Positions 11,108 to 20,459 of a DNA stretch of 21,965 nt are shown here, one piece after another. A program made the position numbers and the translations under genes. The stretch's first letter is position 1. Each line of letters opens with the position of its first letter. The DNA comes from Python bivittatus (lineage: Eukaryota), in assembly GCF_000186305.1 (NCBI RefSeq), contig NW_006536941.1, positions 4,676 to 26,640 on the forward strand, written 5' to 3'. The notes under the pieces are model-generated. The model was given only the letters and a program-made list of their open reading frames with translations. It was not told the DNA's origin and searched no databases.

Positions 11108-11640
11108 CTAAGATGATTTGTAAAGATTTACAATTTATAAAAATCTGCAATAGAGAGTCAACCTGATCAAGGAAAAATTAATGTTATGTACAACATATGC
11201 TCTGCATAGTTACATTAGTCCACACATCTAATTTACTAGTGTAAGTTGAGCATCCAAGGAGTGGGGAGGGGAAGGCCAGAAGAGGTGACAAGGAGTAACC
11301 TGTAATGGTATGTGGGAATGACCTTGGGAGACAGGAGGGCAAGCCACAGACTAACAACTGGCATGTAAAAGGCTTCTCGGCCCCTCAGAAGGAGAGGTGA
11401 TGTGGGAAATGTTTCAGAAGGGATCCTCCCTTGTTTTCTGGAGAGTAAAAGGAGAGGAGGGGAGAAATACTTTCAGTCTTGCAAGATTCTGTTAATGTAA
11501 CCTTACAATAAAGATAGAGCTAGTACTCCTGGTTGTGCTTCTTGTCTGGACTACCTCACAGGTCTAAACTCACCAATTTGTTTTATGGTAAAAGGGTGTT
11601 TTTGCCTACCTGTTAGATCCCTATTGTTGCCCTATAGCAG

Positions 11641-11751
11641 TGTTTCTCAACCTCAGCAACTTTAAGATGTGTGAACTTCAATTCCCAGAATTCTGGGAAT
11701 TGGGGCTGGCTGGGGAATTCTGGAAGTTAAAGTTGCTGAGGTTGAGATACA
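11641..11751. repeat. hairpin-forming inverted-repeat element (MITE/SINE-like)
   Basis: tctcaacctcagcaactttaa at 11645-11665 is the exact reverse complement of ttaaagttgctgaggttgaga at 11727-11747. An inner palindrome cccagaattctggg/ggaattctgg is also present. Confidence 0.6.
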
Positions 11752-11824
11752 TTGCTCTATAGTTTGCCAAAACTATGTTTTGCAATTCTATCTGGATGTA
11801 AGTTTTCACTGAATGCGCACTTAC

Positions 11825-12012
11825 CCCACTGCACATGTGAATATTCTAGTGTGCGTTGCATTTTTCTTCACAGTCTGCAGGGTCAAGCCTTCATTCTGAA
11901 TATGTCCATCAGATATAAGAATAACGTTGCGCTTGCTTTCAGCAGGGTACAGCAAACTCAGATAGTGCAATGCCTTCCATAAGTGTGAGTCTCCCATTGT
12001 AGCTGTAGCTGA
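11825..12012 (-). CDS. PARP4: PARP4 exon K: vWA domain
   Basis: Acceptor ttaatttttag|TCA, donor GTGGG|gtaagtgcg. Encodes SATATMGDSHLWKALHYLSLLYPAESKRNVILISDGHIQNEGLTLQTVKKNATHTRIFTCAV(G). The vWA signature LISDG and the ...CAVG strand are present. Confidence 0.85.
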
Positions 12013-12203
12013 CTAAAAATTAAAAATAAAAGCTAAATTAAGGCCATCCTCTCCCAATGGTCAAATCAAAAATCCCATACTGTCTTGGAATTTTAGGATT
12101 GTAATTTTATGGAACGATAATTCTATCAAGAAGTTTTCAGGCTAAGGATACTGTTTTAGACAACTGGTATTCAAAGGTATCCTGTCTCTAATAGTACACT
12201 TAC

Positions 12204-12274
12204 TGTGATAAACTCTTTCAAAGCTGTGGGATCCATTGGAGAACCATCAAGATTGGGAAAAAACTCTACAAAAT
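12204..12274 (-). CDS. PARP4: PARP4 exon J: vWA domain
   Basis: Acceptor ttatttttgcccctctatag|AT, donor ATCACA|gtaagtg. Encodes (N)FVEFFPNLDGSPMDPTALKEFIT. The phase fits exon I (A+AT=N) and exon K. Confidence 0.75.
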
Positions 12275-12552
12275 CTATAGAGGGGCAAAAATAAAATTTT
12301 ATTAATACATAAAAGATATATCTTTATTAGAAATCAGTTATAATAATTACAGCTGCAAAATTCAGAGCACAATCCTATACATGTGAACTCAGAAGTAAGT
12401 TCCATTGATAACATGAAGCTTAGTCCTCAGTAACTGCAGGAAGATCAAATGAAGACTCAAAAAATCTTATGCATGGAAACTGGACAGACCTCTAAAGAAT
12501 ATACTAAAGAGAAACATAATAAAGATGACATGGTTCCACAAAAAAGCCTTAC

Positions 12553-12748
12553 TTGTCCCAAATTTGATAACACTTATTTTTCTTGTCAAATGACATGAGT
12601 TTAGAGCGTGTAATGCAATCTCCTTGGCTTGCTGGATTGCTGAACCTGCCATGGAATTGGAGCAATCTAGGCAGATAACAGCTTCACCATGGAGGCTTAA
12701 AAGATCAAATGGGTCTTCAAACTCTGGTTGAAATACAAGCATGCAGGC
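12553..12748 (-). CDS. PARP4: PARP4 exon I: start of the vWA domain, with the metal-ion-dependent adhesion site (MIDAS)
   Basis: Acceptor cctttcttttag|GCC with an in-frame stop directly upstream. Donor ACAA|gtaaggc (phase 1 end). Encodes ACMLVFQPEFEDPFDLLSLHGEAVICLDCSNSMAGSAIQQAKEIALHALNSCHLTRKISVIKFGT. The D-x-S-x-S MIDAS motif DCSNS lies at 12653-12667. Confidence 0.85.
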
Positions 12749-13548
12749 CTAAAAGAAAGGAAATGGGAAAAAATCAACCAAGAGCAGGTCATCTTAAATG
12801 AGAGGCAGATGTCAGCCAAGACAGAAGACACACCACAGGTCACAAAACCTGGTATTTGCTGTGGTTCAGAGACAGACAAGTGACCTGTCAGGATTCTGTG
12901 TTTGAATGTCATCAATTCCAACATTCTGAACATTTTTCTGAATTAAGGAAGCACTAAGTAGCCTAAATAGACAGTACAAGGAGGGCTGGCACCTTAATGG
13001 TATTAGTGGATGCTTTTCCACTTTCTGTGGTATACTAGTTACCTAGGAATTCTTGCAGGTTCCTAGAATTTCTTGGAGATGGCATTGTATCCAAGCTGAA
13101 CTTATAGATCTTTTTAATCAGTAAAAACCAGTACTATATCCCAGTACTGACACTAGCTTTAAAGGACAGATTTTCTTCAGGGACACAGCAGGCAAAGAAA
13201 GGACTTATTCCTCTTTGACCCCACTAATTATCATTCTCTCACACACACTCCTTTCAAACACACACACACAGACACATTTTTAAAATGCAAAGACATACTT
13301 AATATCAGGACATTGGGACACTAGGAGTACAATCAAAACCTCATTAGGACAACTCTTGCACTGTCGCCATAGATCGATTGACTTAGATGCTATTGAATGG
13401 CTTCCTATAGTGCAAAATGGAAAACGGATTTTGCTATTGTTCAAACAGCCTATCATTCCATCCATGATATTCAAGATGAGACCATATTTAGCAACTTTTC
13501 AAATTTTTCCTTCCAGAGTGTTCCGCGAGATAATAGTTAATCCTTTAT

Positions 13549-14082
13549 GTGGTTTTGCTGTTTCCAGACGCTATTCCAACACCAACTGCAACAGAAGCTA
13601 ACAAGCCTTCCCCCCCTCACAAGACCTTGAAAAAGCAAGGCAGTGGGAGTCAATTTTCTCCTCAACCAGACAGTATGACCAATCCAGCTGAAGCAGACCT
13701 TACCTGTGCCTTTGGCTCCCTGCCCAGGAAGGAACAAGATAACACTATTTTTAAACTAGAAAATCTTAAGAAAACCTTACTGGACTCCATTGCTATTGCA
13801 GAACCCCTCATTGATTTTGTGTCTCCAACTACTGACCCTAATTACTATCAGCTGGTGGATATAGATCTGGAGGAAAATCGATACCCAAATAACAACTGCT
13901 CTAGCCTTTATGAGATGAATGGGGTCTTCCCTGGAGAGCACCAGTCTATGCAAATAACTGAGGAGGCAGTCTTCCCAAGACCACAGACAGATGCTGACCA
14001 ACGCCTAGTGGATACTAGATCTCCTCCACATGATGGGTTGTCTCCACATTCTGCGGATTCCCCTCACCATATTCCATAAAAA
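13549..14082 (+). CDS. intact 176-codon ORF of the LINE fragment (ORF1-like, unclassified)
   Basis: No stop across 534 nt in AT-rich DNA. It begins at GTG with a TAG stop directly upstream; the first ATG is at codon 44. Pro/Ser-rich ends. No similarity to L1 ORF1p that I can recognise. Confidence 0.4.
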
Positions 14083-14139
14083 TCAGACATGAACACATCT
14101 GACTCCCCTGATCCTTCATCTGTTGAGAAATGACTGAAT

Positions 14140-14412
14140 ATGTCTCACCATGACCCTCCCTCACCTAGTGTTTCTACCCCACCCCTTACAGGTGTTGTTA
14201 AACATTCAGCAATTCACATATTATTGTGGAATCTTGCTGGATGGAAAAACAAACTACATGAGTGTTCTGATTTTCTGTCTAACCATGATTTGATTGCAGT
14301 CCAAGAGACCTGGTTAACTGCTGATGATGAGCAGATCTCAATCCCTGGCTTTAAATCCTGGTTCACTCCAGCTTGGAAATTAAAAGGAGGTTTGGCCATT
14401 TTGATTACTTAA
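14140..14412 (+). pseudogene. truncated LINE ORF2 (AP-endonuclease N-terminus only)
   Basis: Motifs LLWNLAGW, DLIAVQETWL and GGLAILI, then a stop. No reverse-transcriptase motifs downstream in any frame. Confidence 0.6.
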
Positions 14413-15528
14413 TATCATGTCTAGTTTGGTCCTAAAAGTAGATATTATGTATCACAGTATTTAAATTAAAAAAATAAAAAAATCACCTCACTATCTTCAT
14501 CTGGATGTTTTTCTACCCACATTCTGGGCAAATATACATCACCAATCAGGATTTCCATTGCAAAGCCACTAGTGTCCAAGAAACTGCCTTCAGTAGTACA
14601 AACCACTGCTTTGCAGTCTGTTTTCTAAATGACGGGAATATGCAAGGAAAAAAAAATGCTGTAAGAAAACTTGAATTATTTCAGCCTGATCTTTTTCAGA
14701 CATATCTGTTCAGCTACAAGCACTACTAAAAGGGTGGGGGAATAAAATCTTGCAAAATAGGATTTTACTACCCTGAAATCTTGTCCTCCATTCTCTCTTC
14801 GTACTTCTCCACCCACCTGCTGACCAAAAGGGGATTATTTCCCTTTAGATTTTCATTTCAATTTTTTAAAAATTCTACAAACTCTAGAGCAGGGTTTTTC
14901 AAATTGTGTTTTGTTGATGAATTTGATGGGGTTCCATGAGAAACTAAGGGCAAGAAAAAAAATAAGTTCACTCTAACACAGCCAATTTTCTATCACTAGA
15001 GCTCTGCATCTTGATCAAAAGTTCTGGGAAGTTTCTGAATAACAGGTTCTACAGCCTGAAGAAGTTTGAAAACCTCTACTCTAGAGTGCCCCACAAGCCT
15101 GTTGATACCTTTCTCTTCTGAAAAGGTGATAATAATTTAGCAACAACAGTCACAGTCTAACCTTGGAAATAAAATAAATTATTCTGGCAAGATTGCCTGC
15201 TCTAAAATACTGTGCAGGGGTCCCACGCAAGAGTTTATTTTGATGAAATTGTGCAAAGCCTGATTTAGAAACCTTCATCGTTTTTCAAGCTATTGATATT
15301 TTAATGTTGCATTAAGCGCTTTGCTTACCTTTATTTTAAGCTGATGTGTCCAACTACTAATGTTATTAATTTTGAAGGGCATTTCAATGGACATTTCTAA
15401 ACTGAACTCTCTGTCATAAGATAAAGAGAAGCCACATACAGGTTAGGACTCGGCTGAGATATAATACAAACTTAGATAAGTAGGCAGATATCAGGGTTTT
15501 GTTTTTTTTAAAGAATCCATTACTGGAC

Positions 15529-15696
15529 CCAGATATAAAGGTGAGCAAGCCACATCATGTGTTCTTTAAGCTTTTGAGGGAAGCTATGGGCTATTAGACT
15601 AGAAAGTAGAAACATTACAATAGCAAACCACTTCCATAGCACACCAAGGAAGTTGCATGGATGGTAAAGGACTTTAGGGAAGTTACAGTTCACATG
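15529..15696 (-). CDS. PARP4: PARP4 exon F/G: linker just before the vWA domain (boundaries uncertain)
   Basis: Long minus-strand open frame HVNCNFPKVLYHPCNFLGVLWKWFAIVMFLLSSLIAHSFPQKLKEHMMWLAHLYIW. Acceptor ctgcttaattatttacctgag|CAT (phase 0), or aacttccctaaag|TC at 15671 (phase 1). Only a weak donor, TGG|gtccag, gives the phase 0 needed by the vWA exon. Loose similarity to the PARP4 linker (KRTDCKA against KHVNCNF; SLHIGLSAAYLPRMW against SLIAHSFPQKLKEHMMW). Confidence 0.4.
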
Positions 15697-15837
15697 CTCA
15701 GGTAAATAATTAAGCAGATTTAAGATATTCCATTCAGAGAAACAGATTTTGGGTAGCATTGAAAGTCAACTATTTGATATTTATTATTATACTTTCAGCA
15801 GTAGGGTGTCATTTGGATTTTTTTCCTCAAGAAAAAA

Positions 15838-15858
15838 ATATCTGTCTGTCTGTCTGTC
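15838..15858. repeat. (TCTG)n microsatellite
   Basis: atctgtctgtctgtctgtcc. Confidence 0.9.
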
Positions 15859-15912
15859 CATCAAAGCCTTCTCAGGCCTATAAATCATATAAGGAATAAA
15901 TCACTTTCTTAC

Positions 15913-15995
15913 ACAGAGGACATTTTTCATAACTGTGAATGCTTCTTGCTTGAACTAATGAAGACATGATTAACTTCCTTGTCTCCACAATGTCT
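15913..15995 (-). CDS. PARP4: PARP4 exon E: VIT–vWA linker (boundaries uncertain)
   Basis: Acceptor ctccagtttaag|A. Open frame (R)DIVETRKLIMSSLVQARSIHSYEKCPL. Donor CTGT|gtaagaaag (strong, phase 1), or alternatively AAGAAA|gtgatt at 15905 (phase 0). It sits where the DTVEK...SFSLTMSIEMPY linker segment of PARP4 is expected. The frame fits exon D only if D uses its alternative donor. Confidence 0.45.
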
Positions 15996-16931
15996 CTTAA
16001 ACTGGAGAATTTTCTGGGAACACTAGGAGTTTGAGACCAAGGTGCAGCTAGAATTTGTACAAGGCAGCGTACACTGTATTTTGTTTGCCCCAAATATTAT
16101 TAGGTTATTTTGGGTATGTTGTTATATAATAATCATCACAGCACCAGTCCAAGAGGTTTACAACTCTGTTCATAAGACTTACAATTGTGCAGGAATCATG
16201 CAGGGGAGCATCTATATTACTGACAGCTATTCGTGATCCTTACAGGCAATATTACTAAGTGCCAATAAACTAGAACATACTATCTTTATGTATAACTAGA
16301 AGGTTTTCCCAAAATTATTTAGACAGCTGCTGGTATGGAACAAGATACTGAAATAGTTGGATCCAGCAGAGATTATTTTACCTGAGTTTTAATCTGTAAA
16401 TAGGAAAAGTGTGGCAGTTTACCAACTTACCTTTTTGTTTCTGTTTGTCTAATGCAAATTTTCCTTACCGAGTCCTAGTCAAAAGCAAAGATAAAACATT
16501 AAGTGATGAGACGTAATACTCTGGAAGATAACACTCATCTTGGCAAGGCAACATTAGTAAAACTTATTCCTTCTTTTATTGATCGCTTTGGATTTTTCAG
16601 TACAAGAGAATTACCAGAAGGGTTTTATTCAACCAATGCTTAATAAAGTGAACATTAATTTAGGACTCTTCAAAACCACATTCTACCTGTTAAGCACATT
16701 AAGTCCATAACAAAGCGAACTGTTATAAAGATAATTTGCAGTTATAAATGCAAACTATTTTGCTAAGCCCAGTATAGCTCTGACCATATACTCTTGATAC
16801 TTTATAGCAGTCAGCCATGTTTCCTTCAGCTGTCTTCAAAGAAGAATACAGGAGTTCCTGTGGTGTCTCATTAAACCTGAAGCTGTTGGTAATATTATTA
16901 ATAAGCAATTTCTTAGTAAAAGCACACTGAC

Positions 16932-17096
16932 CTGCGTGTTTTCATTTAGTGCTTTGTCTTGTTGCCAAGGAGCCACAGCAGCTGGCAAGTGAAAGCAAAG
17001 GTTTCCTTTCTCATAACTGAGCTCTGTGATGTAGGAGATCTTGATGAGCACCTTTGTTGAAGGCGGCAAGTTTCCAACAGAAACAGTAAAAATGTC
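16932..17096 (-). CDS. PARP4: PARP4 exon D: VIT domain C-terminal part
   Basis: Acceptor attacttcatag|GAC. Encodes DIFTVSVGNLPPSTKVLIKISYITELSYEKGNLCFHLPAAVAPWQQDKALNENTQ. Two donors are possible. CAG|gtcagt at 16932 ends in phase 0. CAGGTCAG|gtgtgc at 16927 ends in phase 2. Only the second keeps the frame with the best next exon. Confidence 0.8.
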
Positions 17097-18233
17097 CTAT
17101 GAAGTAATATTTAAATTGTTTATAAAATTATGGTTTTACAAACAACAGTATATACAGTTTTAACCTAAAAAAAAAGATTACCAGGAATGACTTATGATAT
17201 ATCTTATTTGAGGCCTATGTAGATGTTCAAACTCATGTAGAGAATCAGGGCTGTGGCTTCTAGCCCTTCTTGAGAAACCTACTCTATTATAGTCCTCATC
17301 TACCATTTGAATGTTGGCTCTAGTGCTATAAATATGAAATGTATGAAGATGTCCATATAATTGAACATGTATGTTGTAATTCTGATGGCAATCCACATTT
17401 GCTTCCAACATATTCAATGTCATTGAATAGATGTCCTTACACAGAGAACTCTACACATACTCAATGTTTACATCATCAATACATTCTTAGAGAACAGACA
17501 ATCAACATATGGCAAAGGCACATTAACCACATGGCAGACAATGACCAGATACATTGTAGTGCATTTTGGGCTAGTTAAGAACCACAGAGAACAAAGCATA
17601 AAGGAATTGACCTCTGTGAAGATGTTTTCCTATGTGATGTGTAAAAAACTGGGTTTCGAAATAAAGTGCCTGTGGCAGTGCCAAATGCTTCTTAAATTCG
17701 GATATCGCAAAGCTTATTCTGAGCATGCAAGCTTATTCTTCTAGGAATGGACGTTGAGCAAGTAGACTTCCCAGTAGTATGCAGAGTTTCTTATTCAAGG
17801 AAACTGTAGAGAGCCTGAGGAAGGTTTCTCCTGATCTGCTAAGCTGGAAACAGGACAAAGTTTCTACCCATTCCAAAAGCCAGTGCTGCATTGGATCTCA
17901 TTCTGCTTATCCTTTGGCATAAGCAAAAAGGCAGGAGGAAGAGTTTTTCTTACCCAACTAGGATACAGAAGAGATAAAAGCTGTCTAGATAACTGTTTAC
18001 TGGGTGGAGGCAGAATGTATACAGTTGTCCTATGATGCCTCTTCCTCCAATCTCTTTGTCTCAATAAGCAGAATTTGGTTCAGGGGCACCAGGGGATTAG
18101 ACATATATCTAGAAAATGTATGTATGCATATTACTATTTTCAGTTTGAAGACTAGTGTAGTTTCAGAAAATGAGTAGAGTCCAATGTGTGTTGTTGTCAT
18201 AAATTGTACAATAAATCACTATATATCACCTAC

Positions 18234-18320
18234 AGGTGCATCCTGATCCATCAGATAAGCTCCATCACCTCGACTGATGGCCTCTCTGTATTCTTGATGT
18301 GCCTTTTCCTTTTCTTTAAC
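18234..18320 (-). CDS. PARP4: PARP4 exon C: VIT domain
   Basis: Acceptor caatgttaatag|GTT, donor GCACCT|gtaggtgat, phase 0 at both ends. Encodes VKEKEKAHQEYREAISRGDGAYLMDQDAP, which continues the VIT pattern (KEKEEA..Y..A...G.GAYL). Confidence 0.8.
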
Positions 18321-18750
18321 CTATTAACATTGAATATAATATCTATTTATATTTTTAAATTTTATTTATATATCACATATATAAATAAAAGATAGCTGCC
18401 CATCTCACACAAAGCAACTATAGGCGTATAAATATATAAAAATAAATAAATAACACTGAATATAATATACAATACTTATCCTGGTTGGAAAGAAAGTAAA
18501 AATAAAGTAACATACATCACCATGCCACACTCAGCAATAAGTCTGGGGAAGCAAGATAAGGGAAGTTAGTGGGATAACGTAGATCAGCTTATTAAGTGGT
18601 TACTTGCATGTCATAATAAGTTGCTGTTTAGAGGATGATTTCATTCTAATTTATTGGAAACAAAGACACAATAAACTCTTTTAAATCTAATTTAGGTAAT
18701 TCTATCAGAAATGATGTGCTGCTTAACTCCTAGGTAGAAGAAGGAGACAA

Positions 18751-18806
18751 CCTCAGAATAAAGTCTAGAGCCCCACAACTCAGAATAAAGTCGAGTCCCA
18801 CAACTC
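18751..18806. repeat. tandem duplication of a 28-bp unit
   Basis: cctcagaataaagtctagagccccacaa / ctcagaataaagtcgagtcccacaactc. Confidence 0.8.
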
Positions 18807-19499
18807 ATGTAGCAGCATCTTTCTTATTCTTTTAAACACTTTATAGTCAGGACGCAGATGCTCTTGCCCACTTGCTCAGATGCCCACTGAATTACTTTTA
18901 TTTTAAAAAATTATTATTCTCTTTTAAAATACAGTGGTACTTATTCTCATATAAGAAATATCACTTATTATAAAGCTGGAAGCTCTGCCATTACTATATC
19001 TAGGGTCCAAAATTATCTTGTTTCACCACTGCTGTATTTCCTCTTTAAATACTAGGCTGTTCTTTGCAGGAGTACAGTTCAAGCTATCAAAAATCAATAC
19101 ATCCTAGGAGATCTTTTCCTCTCATTGCTCTTTCAACTAATATCAGGGCCTGGTGGAGTTGGACCATTACCTGGACCACGAGGATGGTCAAAGGACCACC
19201 CAAGCCAATACTCTCTATGGCAATTTATCTGCTGCATCTCTAGCAATAGGGAGACCAATATAGGAGACTATATATGAAAGACTGCTGAAGAGAATCAAGC
19301 ATCAACAAAACCGGTCAATTGCATGCTTTCACCATGGAAAAAACAGATTGCTGGCTTGGAGGATGTTATCACAGTTCTCTTGACAGCCTAGAAAAGCCTT
19401 CCCCAACAGGCTGGGAGCAAAGGGGGTTGTATCCAACAAATCCAAGTTGGGAAATATTGGCCTAGAATCATCCTTCTTTCTGCCACTGCATCAGCTTAC

Positions 19500-19631
19500 C
19501 TCTCCTATTATATGCTTTCCTTTAATGAACGCTTCAAATCCACATACAGCAGCTGTGTCATCCAAAGGAAAGACATATTTGGCCTCAATGGGATCCCTTG
19601 TTTCATTTTCATAGGTCTGAAACACCACAAC
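19500..19631 (-). CDS. PARP4: PARP4 exon B: VIT domain core
   Basis: Acceptor ttatatttcag|GTT, donor GGAGAG|gtaagctg. Encodes VVVFQTYENETRDPIEAKYVFPLDDTAAVCGFEAFIKGKHIIGE, the canonical VIT motif (EA.Y.FPL...AV..F.A.I.GK.I.G) seen in ITIH, VWA5A and PARP4. Confidence 0.85.
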
Positions 19632-19941
19632 CTGAAATATAATGCAATATATTTTATGCATTAGTTTGGACAAACACAGTTGTTTTCACCAGAAAGATTT
19701 TTATGGGTGGTGCTTCCATCCTAAGATTAACATTTTCAACATGACTGAACACAGTCCAAAGAAAGAGAATACAGAAAAATAGTAAGTCAACTAGTTGTGG
19801 TAGAAATGTATATCTCAGAATATGGCTGGATATTATACGAAGGCTAATTCCCTGAATTTTCTTCTCCATTCCTGCTCTTGGCTCAAAAGATAACAGTTCT
19901 GATTTTACACTAAATTAAAAACATGGTAGTAAAGGATGCTT

Positions 19942-20006
19942 GAAGAATTAAAAATACAATTTTTGAAGAATTAAAAATACATTTTTGATAAATTAAAAAT
20001 ACCATT
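19942..20006. repeat. 22-bp minisatellite, 3 units
   Basis: gaagaattaaaaatacaattttt / gaagaattaaaaatacattttt / gataaattaaaaataccatt. Confidence 0.85.
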
Positions 20007-20030
20007 AATCAGGGATGTGTTTACAGTTGT

Positions 20031-20395
20031 TTTTTAATAATATTTTTATTAAAGTTTAAAAATGCAAAGATAAAAAACTAATACAAACTAAGAAAAATAT
20101 AAAAAGCAAAAAGAAAGAATGAAAAGGGAAAAGGGAAAAGGAAAAAAAAGGGAGGAGGAAAAAGAAAAAAACATACACACATACACACACACATATATAC
20201 ACACACATCAGCATATGTTTCTTTATATATTCTTTTTTCTTTATATATTTTTCTTTTTCCTCCTCCCCCTTTTTTTCTTCTTTTCCCTTTGCACTTTTTA
20301 TTCTTTCTTTTTTTCTTTTTATATTTCTCTTAGTTTTAGTTTTTTATCTCTGTATTTTAAAACTTTAATAAAAAATATTATTAAAAAAGGGATAT
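20031..20395. repeat. large inverted repeat (~145 bp arms) flanking a CA/TA microsatellite; the purine-rich arm mirrors the pyrimidine-rich arm
   Basis: The reverse complement of 20031-20171 aligns at about 85-90% with 20241-20395 (shared blocks ctttttcctcctccc and tcttagtttt...ttttttatct...ttttaaactttaataaaaaatattatt). The spacer 20172-20240 is acatacacacatacacacacacatatatacacacaca. Confidence 0.8.
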
Positions 20396-20459
20396 GCTTA
20401 CACTTATTCAACAAAATAGTCAGCATTCCTAGGAAAAACAAAAAACAAAAAGAATTTTA

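Larger units (their letters stand above)
13549..14412 (+). mobile_element. 5' fragment of a non-LTR (LINE) retrotransposon: an ORF1-like reading frame plus the start of the ORF2 AP-endonuclease, antisense in a PARP4 intron
   Basis: Two same-strand ORFs 60 bp apart. ORF 13549..14082 has 176 codons without a stop. The next ORF begins ...HSAIHILLWNLAGWKNKLHECSDFLSNHDLIAVQETWL...IPGFKSWF...GGLAILI. That is the N-terminal pattern of the LINE endonuclease/exonuclease/phosphatase domain (compare L1 ORF2 ILTLNINGL...CIQETHL...GVAILV). The frame stops at 14412, so the rest of ORF2 is missing. The CpG-containing segment 13370-13545 upstream may be the 5' UTR. Confidence 0.6.

Noticed and set aside
11520-11575. 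Two candidate acceptor/frame pairs for the exon after K (GSTTRSTSSIFI or GQEAQPGVLALSLL, donor TTATT|gtaagg)
   Set aside because: The real exon L (PTANRHMLRSLAQYGAGAFEYF...) lies at 11008-11107 with an unambiguous match to the vWA pattern STANRHVLRILSQCGAGVFEYF. The 11520-11575 segment has only chance resemblance.
13549-14082. Reading the 176-aa plus ORF as the last coding exon of a plus-strand gene (an acceptor-like tttgctgtttccag lies at 13554-13567)
   Set aside because: It is followed 60 bp later, on the same strand, by a clear LINE AP-endonuclease N-terminus. The pair reads more simply as ORF1/ORF2 of a retrotransposon fragment. No other plus-strand exons are evident.
16723-16908. Minus ORF 16723..16908 just downstream of exon D as a possible exon
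   Set aside because: It begins inside the intron after the exon D donor. The peptide MLINNITNSFRFNETPQELLYSS has no similarity to the VIT–vWA linker, and the frame does not connect.
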